Source: Anthoceros angustus (Eukaryota; Plantae; Anthocerotophyta). From it: DNA of 64,000 nucleotides. Positions 1 to 13,247 of this stretch are shown piece after piece. Each line of letters starts with the position of its first letter. Position 1 is the stretch's first letter. The position numbers and the translations under genes were made by a program. The notes under the pieces are model-generated. The model had not been told where the DNA came from. It saw only the letters and a list, made by a program, of their open reading frames with translations, and did not search any database. The stretch spans positions 806,001 through 870,000 of the forward strand of contig VJWM01000011.1 in NCBI GenBank assembly GCA_010909165.1, in the 5' to 3' direction.

Positions 1-402
1 CTCTTCTCATGATATTGCTACTAGGCACCCCACTAGAGAATGGCTTAGTGATAAAGCATGAAGTGTTCATATAGATGTTGATGATTATAACGACGTCCCT
101 TCGTGAAACAATATGAAATAGATTGAATGAGTTTTCAAACCTTGGAACACTTCACACAGACATAATTACATTAAGTAAAATATGATAATCATAGGTGAGA
201 GATGTGAATGTAGTTATTCATCTTCATCCTCGATGCTACAGCTCATGTCTTAAAAGAGTATATTTGACAAAGCTAGATAGACTATATAAGGACCTATACT
301 CTAAGACATCTTGTATCTTGAAAGATTGTAATTATCTATGCTAGTTTGCTTCAAGATGAAACAAAGCTTTTTCCATCCAAATTTTGCTACGAATATTGCT
401 TT

Positions 403-472
403 TTCCAAGCCATTCCAAGCTTGTCCTTTGAAAATTATTCCAAGCCATTCCAAGCTTGTCCTTTGAAAATTA
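403..472. repeat. 35-bp perfect tandem duplication in AT-rich DNA
   Basis: ttccaagccattccaagcttgtcctttgaaaatta occurs at 403-437 and again at 438-472. Confidence 0.85.
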
Positions 473-1109
473 GGGGTTTTGAAAATACTAGGGAAACGCA
501 AAGGCTGGTGAGAGTTACGTGTCATATTTGCTCCAACTCGTCAAAAACTAAACCACCATAACTACAATTTAACTTTAACAATACCCGACCCACTAAAATC
601 GATTCAACTAAGTATGTACCAATTTTCCTACTTATCTATCTATCATTAGTACTATTTTATTGAAATTATCTATTTGTCACCTAGTTATCCTCGATTAAAA
701 CCAAACTTGCGTTATCGGTGCCTTTTTGGAACGATTACGTTTCGTGTGGGCATCCGTCTTCATTTCCCTTGCTCGGAGTGGTATGCTGAGGAAGCCTCGT
801 CGTCTCTGTGCCCGAGTTAGTCTGTTGCATATGCGCCGATGCCGTCTGGTCACTTGTAACACTTGGGTTATTGAATTTAGCCTGAAATGGAGTCTTAACC
901 AATTAACATCCTTTTGAAAAGCTCTTACACATCATTCATACGAAAACCTGCACAAGGTTATTGATTCACCTACATACTTGGCCGATTTGGAGCAGTCTTC
1001 ATAGCGCAGTGCAGGAGAAAAGTTTACGACCACTTGCGCCATCTACTAGGGATCTAGTGCATCAGGCGACGTGAGCCAGTCTGGAAGCAGATTCAGTGAA
1101 AAAAAGGGC

Positions 1110-3212
<2,103 letters not shown>

Positions 3213-3406
3213 CTTCGTTCCCCTAACAAGGCGTACCAAGCACGTGGCTCTCACTGATCCAAACCATCCATCCTTCCTGATGATACAACCTAACTTGCTC
3301 TGCTAGCTGCCAGCTTCCACAGCAATCCCTGCTAGCAAACATGCTGCTCCACCCTCGAGGCTTCAGCATCCCAGCACCTACAGACGTAGCCGGAACCCGA
3401 AACCAT

Positions 3407-3631
3407 TCAATGACTGAGTTCAAGGTGATCGAGCTCGGCTTTCAACCTCTCGAGCTCTGACAAGAGGTTGTAAAACTCTGGCACAGATAATTCCAAGTAC
3501 ACGGGAGTGTCATCCAACACAAGTTTCAGCTGCACAAAGCAAGTCCCCACAGCCTGGACCTCGTCATTTGCTGCTGTCACGCCTAACCGCCATTCAAATT
3601 CCTGCAACGACGGCACCCATTCTGCTGCCAT
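3407..3631 (-). CDS. COMM-domain protein, COMMD7-like, apparently domain-only (74 aa)
   Basis: LQEFEWRLGVTAANDEVQAVGTCFVQLKLVL...VYLELSVPEFYNLLSELER closely follows the COMMD7 COMM domain; an in-frame stop lies shortly upstream of the ATG. Confidence 0.8.
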   Translation of the reverse strand: MAAEWVPSLQEFEWRLGVTAANDEVQAVGTCFVQLKLVLDDTPVYLELSVPEFYNLLSELERLKAELDHLELSH

Positions 3632-3813
3632 CTGCACAACCGGAAGGACCGCATCTGCACCAGGCTAGCAAGGCAAGGAGGAGAAACACTTCCCTTTTTC
3701 CTCATAAACTATCATGACAAATGCATTTCAATAAAACAAAATCCGAAAAACTGGAGGAGACTTTGGGGCTGCCTGCCGGTGGATTAGGTGAACAGTGAAG
3801 TTGTGAGGCGACC

Positions 3814-5336
3814 ATGGCCTGTGGGTCGCACATCGTGGCGGGGACGTCTCAGCCCGCCGCCACAGTCACAGGCTGCTGTCCTCACCAGGTTTGCGAGGCT
3901 GACCTCGGAAATGTTGAATGCGGACTGTGGGAGTCGCAAAATTTGGAGTATCTTGCTCAATGTTTGTTGGGTCCTTGGAACGTTACACAGGTGCGAACAT
4001 GGGGCTGCCAAGTAACGAGGCTGCAGCTCAGCAGATTGTGTTCTCTGCACTCCAATCTTCTCTGTGACTTGCAGCATCAACAAAAGTGAGTAACTAATCA
4101 GGCTTAGCTGCTTGCAAGGAGCTGGATTACCTGTAGTTTCAGACTGGGTTGTGAGCCATTCTCAGATGCTACTATGTTTCTGTGATTGGTTCAGAGCCCT
4201 GAGGACTGCAACAAGGTTGTCAGGTCCGGGCAGGTTCTCGCCTCGTGCTGCCTCGTCAGGCAACGGTGGTACGTCTATTCCCTGCAGCATTGCATTTTGT
4301 TTCAATGATAAGGATATCTACCTTGAAGTCTCAAAGTCTGCTCATGGGTAGATGGTTTCTGGCAGCGTTGAGTGTGGACGACAGTCCCGTCGAGCTGCGG
4401 TCTGCGGTGATTGTTGCAGAGCCACCTGAGGATCGGAAAATCAAAGTGAGGACTGTGTGATAGGATGTACTAGCTAGGATTCATTCCGACAAGATAAGAT
4501 GTACATGATTTGAGGATTGACTGGTCCTGTGACGACTCAGCTGCGGGTTGATGTCCCTGGCCAAGATACCCAGAGGGCATTTGACGTTCTGTTGGCGGGG
4601 CTAGCCAAGAACTCTCCCCCTGTTCCTGGTTTCCGCAAGTCAAAAGGAGGTAACAGTCTACTACACGAGTCCTGTGATGTGAAGCTGGTTAAATTTTGCA
4701 CAAGTTTTTGCCACACTCTCTGCTGCTGACATGCTGCCTCCATCGTGTGGTCATGGCCGACATGGGCATCTGCCTGTGGTTATGCAACGCAGGCAAGACT
4801 TCAGCGGTATGTTCTTCCTCGTCCAGGTGTCCAGTTAAATTCATCACAGCCAGCTACAGACTTCCTCGGCTGGAAACTCAGCAGAGGGTGGTTTTGTTTC
4901 TGTGCCCAGGTACCTAAGAATGTACTCCTCCAACTACTTGGTGCAAGCCGGGTGAGGAAGTTTGTAATCGAAGAAGTTGTGAGAAGTGCACTTACCAGCT
5001 ACGTGAAGAAGGTTCGCAGCTATTTACTCGTTTAAATGCTGCAGACAGGACGGTACTGGCTGTGTGGAGGGACCGGACTCACTCCATGTCGCTCTGTTCC
5101 TATTGGTGACGCAGGAAAAGCTCTTGGTCAAGGATTCTCTCAAGACCTCGCAGAGCGCAGAGGAGTTGTATGACATGTTCGAACCTGGCAAGGATTTTGG
5201 CTTCGACGCCGAGATAGAGTTGGAAGAAACGAGCATTGAATTAGATGATACCATCAAGGGTGAAGACTCGAATGTCATCGACACAACCATAAACGAGCCA
5301 ACGCGGAGCGAAGTGGAGACTGCTGTCCAAGTGTAG
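3814..5336 (+). CDS. Plastid trigger-factor N-terminal (ribosome-binding) domain protein
   Basis: LRVDVPG...SPPVPGFRKSKGG-KTSA-VPKNVLL (GFRxGxxP-like loop); transit-peptide-like first exons; 14-nt micro-exon 4793-4806; start position inferred from splice sites. Confidence 0.8.
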
Positions 5337-5659
5337 ATGTTACGATTGCTACTCAACTTCTACCAAAAAATTGATGACATTTCAATTGTCATTTCCAAGT
5401 ATAAATGCGTGACAACCTCTGATCGGATCAAGCATTTCGAATGGACCGAGAAATGCATCGATATGCCCGTGCTTCCCTGTTATTTGACATATCCTGATCT
5501 AAGCTAAACCGCCGCAGCCCGCCTACCAATTAGTTCTGCTGCAGACTGCAGCAAAGAATGTTGTATACTAGTACATGAATGGTGGGAAAGACATGGCAGA
5601 GACACCTTCGCCTTGGCAAGCCCGGCTTCCACTACAGCCTCTCAGACCTCACAGAACGG

Positions 5660-6553
5660 TCAAGACACGCGAGCCTGGGAAGACTGTTGCAGATTAACTC
5701 TCGAGCCATACCGTTCCATGACTTTCCTGGTGGCAAGGGCAGCAGCTTCGCTAGCACTCAGGCTCCCGGCAGCCATGATTGCCGCAAACTCGCGAGTTAT
5801 TTCTTCCTGCACCTTAGCCCTAGCATCTCCTAGCGGATCCTCCACAGCTGCTTCCTTTCCTGAAGCCTTCACATCAACCACTTCCTTGCCCTTAACAGGG
5901 CTCACCGCCAGCTCCGCGGGCTTCGCCTGCGGGCTCTCCTTAGGCAGCGCCGGCGAGGTCACAACAGCAGCAGGCTGAGGCGAAACCCTCGGATTCGGAT
6001 TAGGGCTTGCAGGAGGAGGCACAGGGCGTGCAGCGGCCGGCGACCCCGCCACCGAGACAGGCACCATCTGCGGCACCTGGGGCACGCCCCCGTTCCTCAA
6101 CGTGGTCTCCAAGCTCTGGATCATCGGCATGATGAGCGCGCCGGTGGGACTGCTCATCACCTCCTGAGGCAGCCGCAGAATGTCCTCAGGGATTCCGGCT
6201 CCGACCAGAAACTGAGCCACCTCCTCGCTGAAGTTATTGCAATTGTGGTGCATCAAACTGTAGGTCTGCGCTGTGTAGCGCGGGCTCATGCCCTCCAGGA
6301 ATTCCTCAAACAGCTCCTTCGGCACCTGCGTGTAGCCCAGCTCTACCACCCGCAGCGGCGTGCCGTAGGGGCTCTCGCCCACGCCGTTCCGCTGTATCCC
6401 TCCCCCGAAGTAGAACTCCTCGCCGTACACAACCACCCCGGTGTGCCAGATAGCCTCTATCGTCTTGCCTAGAAACGCCGCCGACAGCTGCCGGGCCAAT
6501 CCTTGGCTCAGATCGTAGACATGAAGCCGCACCCTTTCTCCTTCCTCAGCCAT
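5660..6553 (-). CDS. DeSI/PPPDE peptidase (single exon, 297 aa)
   Basis: VRLHVYDLS, IWHTGVVVYG, YSLMHHNCNNFS (catalytic His/Cys); Pro-rich linker; conserved C-terminal KVQEEITREFAAIMA. Confidence 0.93.
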   Translation of the reverse strand: MAEEGERVRLHVYDLSQGLARQLSAAFLGKTIEAIWHTGVVVYGEEFYFGGGIQRNGVGESPYGTPLRVVELGYTQVPKELFEEFLEGMSPRYTAQTYSLMHHNCNNFSEEVAQFLVGAGIPEDILRLPQEVMSSPTGALIMPMIQSLETTLRNGGVPQVPQMVPVSVAGSPAAARPVPPPASPNPNPRVSPQPAAVVTSPALPKESPQAKPAELAVSPVKGKEVVDVKASGKEAAVEDPLGDARAKVQEEITREFAAIMAAGSLSASEAAALATRKVMERYGSRVNLQQSSQARVS

Positions 6554-7018
6554 GCTTTCCCCGACGCACTTCCAGCCGCCGCTGCAACAACGTCCGACGT
6601 CCGATCACCCAGACGCAGAGCGATCAAATACAAGCGACGCGCAGGCAAAGGCGATTCAAGAACAAGGAAGATGTCCAACGAGGGAGCCAGAGACCGGTGG
6701 CAGAATCTGGACGAAGAATCAGGGCGCGAGCTTTTAAGACGCCTGCGGTAGCCGGTTTCCGGTTGCCTTTTCCGGCTCTAGAAGCCTCCGGACTGTCCGT
6801 GAAGCCTTTAGCAATTTCTTCCAAAGGCTTGTAACCTCCTCGCATCTACCATAAAAATCGCACCTACCATAAAAAGAGGAGAAAAAAAAGTGCATTTATT
6901 GCGAGTCCTAGAGGGAGTCCTGTGCGCCCTCCACAGGGACGACTTAAGGCATACAATTGAAAAGAAGAAAGAAAACTCGAATCGTGTTATCTGATTTGAG
7001 CGTAGGCCAAGAAGTGCG

Positions 7019-7900
7019 TTGTACCAATTTTGTGCTGTCGTCAACGCCTTTTATCACACATGGACTTGGGACTCCCACATCTTTGAGGCATTCGTCTCGG
7101 CGTGGAGAAGGGGTTTCCTGCAGGCATCCTTGAGGTTAATCAAGGGCCTTATATCCTATGAAGTTAGGTTTGCCTTGCTACATGTCTCCTCGCTTTCCAA
7201 GGTTGGGCTGCATGGGCTTCAAGCGTCGCCCTTGGAGAAGCATTACCGGCAGGCACATTTGGCCCTTCTTCGAGATTCCTCTATTCCCAAGGCCATTCGG
7301 GCTCGGGCTCCCCAACCTTTGGCCTGCTCTCTCCCTGCTTGCAGCTGTGGAGCCCCCCTTGATGACTCGGGGATCCACCTGGCCCAATGTCCTGCCGGCA
7401 GACAGCGTCAGGGACGTCATGTTTTCAATGGCCAAGGAGAGCGGGTTGTTTCCTTATAGGGAGCGCCCATACGCCTTGCTCGACAGCGTTTCTCTCAGGG
7501 CTTTCCTTTTTCTGTCCTAGGGAGACTAAGTTTTTGTTGCCCATGTGGTTGTAACAGACCCCACACGGGACTCTGTCTACGAGCATGTGATCCTTAACCC
7601 TCCGGGTTGGGTGGCGGAGGGCTGTGTGACGACCAAGGTCCACAAGTACTCTCCTATGCAGGACAGCCACACCTTTATCCCCCTTGCCATCGAGACCCAC
7701 GTGGCCATGGGTAAGGATTTCTCGAGGTTTGTCAAGGCTTGTGCCAAGGCGTACCACAATCGCAAGAATGGGGTTGGTCTTCCCCTTTCTTGTATTGTGG
7801 CTTTCTTCAGACAACGGGTGTCCATCGCCCTACAAAGTGCATTGGCGAACACGGTGTACAGGGCGGCGAGAAGCGCAAGGGAGGCGACTTCTTCGGCCCG
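7019..7900 (+). mobile_element. Decayed 3' end of a CRE-like non-LTR retrotransposon (zinc knuckle + restriction-like endonuclease)
   Basis: CSCGAPLDDSGIHLAQC knuckle, degenerate PD..D region (VAHVVVTDP), FIPLAIETHVAMG, FFRQRVSIALQ; stops and frameshifts. Confidence 0.72.
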
Positions 7901-8879
7901 GTGGTACGTAGGCCTTTTCTTATCCCTGAGCACGAAATTCTTTGAGCTGTGGGTAGGTCGCTCCATATCCATTATCAATGATCGTACCACCCCTCCCAAT
8001 CGATTTGATCTTAAATTCAGTTGGATCTATTGAAAGTTGATAGTGACCCACATAAAGTTGCACAACTTATATGTAATATGTTGAGAACCTATCATTTTGC
8101 AATAAAGAAATACTAGTCAACTTATTTTTGGCAACAGGTAAAGCAACATCTCCCAATATTAGTTTTTCGATTTTTCCCAATTTAGCTCCACCGCTTGTAA
8201 CCAAGCAATATCAAAATGGATGACTAGTAAGTGGACTCAATTGTGAAAAGAGAGATAAGTCGCCTTTCTGCAACATTTTGAGAAATGTCATTGCTTGGCT
8301 CCATCTAATTTCGTGAAGCTAGTCACCAGAAAGCAAGATGACATTTCTAATCTGTACAGATCGTTGGCTAACTTAGAATAGAAGATTTCACAGCTTACAA
8401 AAGCTAGCACTAGCAACACTATTAATCTGCCCCTAGGAAAGAAAGACAACCAAGTAACTTTAAGTGAGTCTTCATCTAGCATCTTGTGTGTTGAAGGCAT
8501 ACTGTCCAACTTTGTTGTGGTGCAGATACTAATTGATGAGGGCAACAAGCCCTATTGAGAAATATCTCCAGGGCAAATTCTGATTGATTAGGGTACCAAG
8601 CCCTTCTTGAATGTGGTCACCACCAAATAGAAATTATATACATAAAAATCAAGCATACCATACCTCTTATGAACATGCCAGCATCTAGAATTGTGAAGGC
8701 TTGGCAAAACTGTTGTCAATGATTGGTTATAGCACATTGTCTTTGAGGATGCCTTGCAATCACATAGCCCATACATCATATTCACTTCCAGAAAATCTAT
8801 CAAGTCTTTTGAAGTTGATTTTTTATTGTATTTTTTATTGTTGTAAAAGCAGTAGCTCGGCCCAAATGGAGCATCAATA

Positions 8880-10440
8880 GCAGATATAACAACCTATGCT
8901 AAAATAGACAAAAGGGCACATAACGTGATCCTATATGGTTCAGATAAAAGAATTGTTCACCATCTTAAAAGGGCTCAAGATGTAGCCGCAGCTTGGAAGA
9001 ATCTCAAGCAACTTTATGAGGCAGTTGACAGAATGAGTGTACTCAATGCAACAAGAGTATTTTACCAATTGAGGATAGGTGAAACACAATCTGTCGCTGA
9101 ACATTTTGAAACATTTAGGACAGCACAGGATCGTTTAGCGTCTTGCGGGATGAAGTTGGATGAAAGCCAAGCAGCCATAGCAAGGCTACCAGATAGGTAT
9201 TGCACCTTCAAGACCACACAAAATGGAGTTATTAAGCAGATACAACTTAATTGGCGTCCACAAGGGACAAAGACTAGTGCTGGCTTTACCAGCTCAAAAT
9301 TAATAGGAGCCCTCATGGAGTAAGAGGCTTCTTATGGCCTGGCCAGTACATCTAATGTAGCAGCTCAAGGACAAACCCTCTTTGTAATATGAGGAAAGGG
9401 AAGAGGACGAGGGCGCTACCAACCTAGCATACGTCCCTCGCATGACATCAATAGTAGGTACTACAGCAAATGGATGTTACCACTACTTTTCTATTTTAGA
9501 GGAACTCATCTACATAGAACAATCAAAAGGGTTTATAGATCCTAAAGCTAGGGATTTTGAATATAGACTTTTAAAATGTATTTATGGACTCAAACAATCT
9601 CCTTTGAAGTGGTATGCGATATCAATGGTACTCCACTTGAGATTAGTTTTATTCGTTGTGATTTTCAAATATGTATTTCATGGATGGCAAGCTTGTTATA
9701 CTTGCCTTATGTGTTGAACATCATAATTGCTACTAACAATTAGGACTTGCTATTGAAAGTAAAGAGCACTCTTAGCACCAAATACAAGATGAAGGATATT
9801 GCGACTTTCACCTATTGTCTTGGAGATTGTGCAGATTGCCTAGAGTAAGGAAGAAGGTACATTCAATATTTTCCAATCTAAGTATGTCAAGGATCTACTT
9901 AATTGTTTTAAGCTTGAGACAACCCGTCCTACAACCACTCTCCTTGCAGTTGGTCATACCCTATCTACTCCGGACAATCCTACTATTAATGAGGAACGAG
10001 AGAAGATGCTACATACTCCTCATAGAAAGGCAGTTGCATGCGAACTCTTTCTTAGTGACTAAACTCATCTTAATATTACTCATGTAGTTTCCATTATGTC
10101 ACAGTTTCTCTCTAATCCAAGTTTGATTCATTGGGTTGTGGTAAAACGCATCTAGTGATATCTATTAGGGACTCTGCATGTAAGCCTTCAATATAAGAGA
10201 TCAAGAATAGAAAGGCTTCTACTTGAGGGCTGGTCTAAAACTAACTTGGCAGCTGATCCAGTCACCAAGAAAAGCTTGTTAAGCTATTGTTTCACCATGT
10301 GTAGTGCTGCTGCTTCATGTACGTGTAAGAAGCAACAAAGTGTGTCATTGGTGTCATTGAGCTCAACTAAGAATGAGTATGAATCCTTGACACTTGCTGG
10401 TAATGAGGCAGTAGCTCTTAGGTCTTTGCTGGTTAAGACC
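8880..10440 (+). mobile_element. Internally deleted Ty1/Copia remnant (gag, RT, RNase H)
   Basis: gag AAAWKNLKQLYE...ETQSVAEH; RT IYIEQSKGF...LLKCIYGLKQSPLKWY; RNase H AADPVTKKSLLSYCF...KKQQSVSL...SSTKNEY. Confidence 0.88.
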
Positions 10441-10477
10441 ACAATTCCGAAGAACTCTACTGGACAACTTGGACTAC

Positions 10478-12194
10478 TTTAGCCCTTTACTGCGGGGCCA
10501 CGCCTCCCTGGCCCTGTCCTGCTGGGCGGACCTCGCCTCTGTTTCGGCGGTACGGTGCTTCTCCTCCTCTACTCTAGCGAGAGACTCCGCCTTCCTCTTA
10601 GCAGCCTGAGTTGCCTCCGCCTGACCCTGGAGGTCCACCATTCATCTTCGGGTGGCCTCCACTTCTTGGGTCTTTTCTACTGTCCCGCAGAGCCCCTAGA
10701 GCATGCCGTCCATGACGGCCGCCTAAACTCGCCGTGTCTCCTCCACGGCTACCGCTGGCGAGACCCCCAAGAAGTCCGCCAAGGGCGTAGGCATCTCTCG
10801 GTCCGTTAAGGACCGCCATACCGCCGTCCAGAGTGAGTCCGGATTAGGGACTCCGGACCCAATCAGGACCCTCAGGTCCTGTCCGTCCTGAGTCGGCGCT
10901 TCCACCTCCTTGGCCCTTTTTGCTGCCAACTCTTTCTCCGCACGTCTTCGCTTGGGGTCCGGGGGAGGTGAGGGAGTCCGGGAACTGGCCCATTTCCCCC
11001 TCTGCGTAGGGGATAGGACTAGCTCGGGGTGGGGTTGCTACCAGTGACCCCCGGCGCCTTGGGCGCCATCGCGTTCCGCCCTCCTCACGGCCTCTTCCGC
11101 CTCCTGCCACTCCGTCGGCAAAGGTAAGGGCATCGGTGCTATCCTTGGGACGGTGGAATTGGGCGCCTGCTTCCTCTTCTTCGCTTCCCTTCTGATCCGT
11201 CGAGGCTCGGCGGCTTGGTCCGGAGCTGGTTGCGGGGCCGCTGGGGCGACGGCCACCAACTCCATCCCCGTCGTAGTAGCCCCTGAGGATGGCTGTTCTG
11301 GTGGGGGAACCAAGAGAAGGGAAGCGGGAATATCCTCCCATACTTCCCTTGGAGGGGAGGGGGTCCGCTCTAGGCGTATGGAGTCCGGAATTCCCTCCCA
11401 GTCTTCGTCCTCTTGGGTGCGTCTTGCCTTGGGTGGGCAGCTCTCCGGTTCCTGCGCTCTTTCCTCCCGCTCTGCCTCCGGTAGGGTCGCCAGCCCCTTC
11501 CGGAGCGCTCGCTCCTCCTCCCCTTCCTTTAGAAGATTGGGTGTCCCCACACATGGACAATGAATGGAGACAACGCCGAAGGGGGTGGCCTCTCGCTCCT
11601 CAGCTTCCTCGACTCCTGAGCAATACGGGCGAAGATGATCTGCCCCAACTCCGCCCTCTTGCCCCTCTGAAGGGCGTGTAGGAGGACCAGCAGATTGTCA
11701 CCTAGGTGGTCTACCTTGGTGAGCATGTTCCAGTGGATGATAATCTTCGCCACTACCCTCACTCGCCGGTCCCGTAGGTCCGACATGAGCCATTCGTTGG
11801 AGGACCGCTGCGTCCCCGCCCTCAGGAGCGCCATCTTAGTAGCCTCCACCTTCCCCTTCACCTTTAGGGGCTCCGGCACTACGCCCCCTACCTCCTCTGT
11901 TGGGCAATCGTAGACCACCCTAAGGACCTCCACAGTCCACCTCCTCGGGTCCTCCCGCAAACTTTTAGAGCGGACAAACTTGGTGGCCGCCGCCAACATC
12001 TTTCGAGCGTATTCTCGGACCAACGCCACGCTATCAAAGGTCCATACTGCCTGGAAGATGTCCAGGTGCCAATCCTGCACCAATTCCTCCGCCTCGGCCA
12101 GCCAGGGGCCGAAATCTGGGTAGCGCCTTGTGATGATGTTCTTCTCTACCAGGTGCCAAGGCTCCCAGACCTCTGCCGCCTTCTTGGGTCCCAT
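10478..12194 (-). pseudogene. Disrupted ~570-codon ORF, probably an antisense accessory ORF of an LTR retrotransposon
   Basis: ORF pieces 11529-12236, 11038-11550 and 10723-10929 join through one frameshift and several stops; globular N-terminal part (GQIIFARIAQE...LSPFIVHVWG), Pro/Glu linker, coiled-coil tail; PPT-like AAGGGGGAG on + strand at 12900-12908. Confidence 0.55.
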
Positions 12195-12675
12195 GCTTGT
12201 GCTTCGCTTGATCCGCTGCTGAGGTATGGCGGGCAAGGATACTCATGCAAAGTTCCGAGGTGATGAGCGCGCTGTTCGAAGGCAAAGACCTCTTGGCGCT
12301 ACGCTTGGGCGTCGGATGAGAAGGCGCCCAAGAGCAGGATGTCTGAGCGCGAGCGACCACGAAAATTGCTGAGAAGACGGTCGAGAGAATGGCCTTCTCT
12401 CAGCGTCGGAGTGTCGGGAGTAACTGATGCGCGGGAAGACATCCTTTCGCTGCCAGTAACTGCCAAAGTCCTGCATCGTGTACTCTATCTTTACGCCGCC
12501 GCCTTCTTGGCGCATGTGCTTGGGTCATGGTTACCTGCCTATGACGACCGCTGACAACTCTGCGGTCCTGGTCCCCTACATGCCCGTCCTCCTCTCAGCA
12601 CCGTACACATGGTCCTCTTGCCTATTATGCTCCATCCCTTTTTGCAGTTACCCTTCCCAGGACTTACCGTGTTTT

Positions 12676-12752
12676 ACTCCGGAGTCTAGTCCGGAGTGAC
12701 CTGCTCCGGGGTTTTGACCTGCTCTGGAGTTTTAGTCCGGAGTGGCCTACTC
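12676..12752. repeat. Short CCGGAGT/CTCCGG repeat cluster including a gacctgctc(c/t)gg(g/a)gtttt pair
   Basis: Seen directly, between the antisense ORF and the PPT-like tract. Confidence 0.6.
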
Positions 12753-12929
12753 CGAAGCGTCCCGCATACCCGATCGAGTCGTCTTTCAGCCGTTCTCTTG
12801 TCCACCGCCATTCCCCCTATTCTACCTTATTTCCCCTTTTCCGCCTTATTTTCCACCCACATACTAACCAAAACCAAAAAAACTGTCTATTACCTTCCTA
12901 AGGGGGAGTCCACAGTTCTCTCCTTGTCC

Positions 12930-13247
12930 ACACTACACCACACCTGGGACTTGTGTATATTCTTTCCTCACCATCCTTGCCTTGTAGCGCTCTATGCTTC
13001 CATCAGCCTTGCGCTTGATCTTGAATGTCCGCTTGGATCCTATGCTCTTTCTTCCATGAGGTAGAGGAGTGATTGCTCAAGTTTTGTTCTTGAGAGGGAT
13101 TGTACTCATTGTCTACGGCTTTTTTCCACTCCTTCACCTTTGGTCCTTCCAATGCTTCCTCAGGCTCTGTGGTTCGCCGGCATTTGCCAACCATGACTCC
13201 TCATACACACATGCATTCATGGATTCCAAGATCTTCTATGAAAGTTT
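12930..13247 (-). mobile_element. Ty1/Copia remnant B, RT N-terminus (left of the TIR insertion)
   Basis: GEPQS..EALEGPKVKEWKKAVDNEY; LPHGRKSIGSKRTFKIKRKADGSIERYKAR. Confidence 0.88.
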
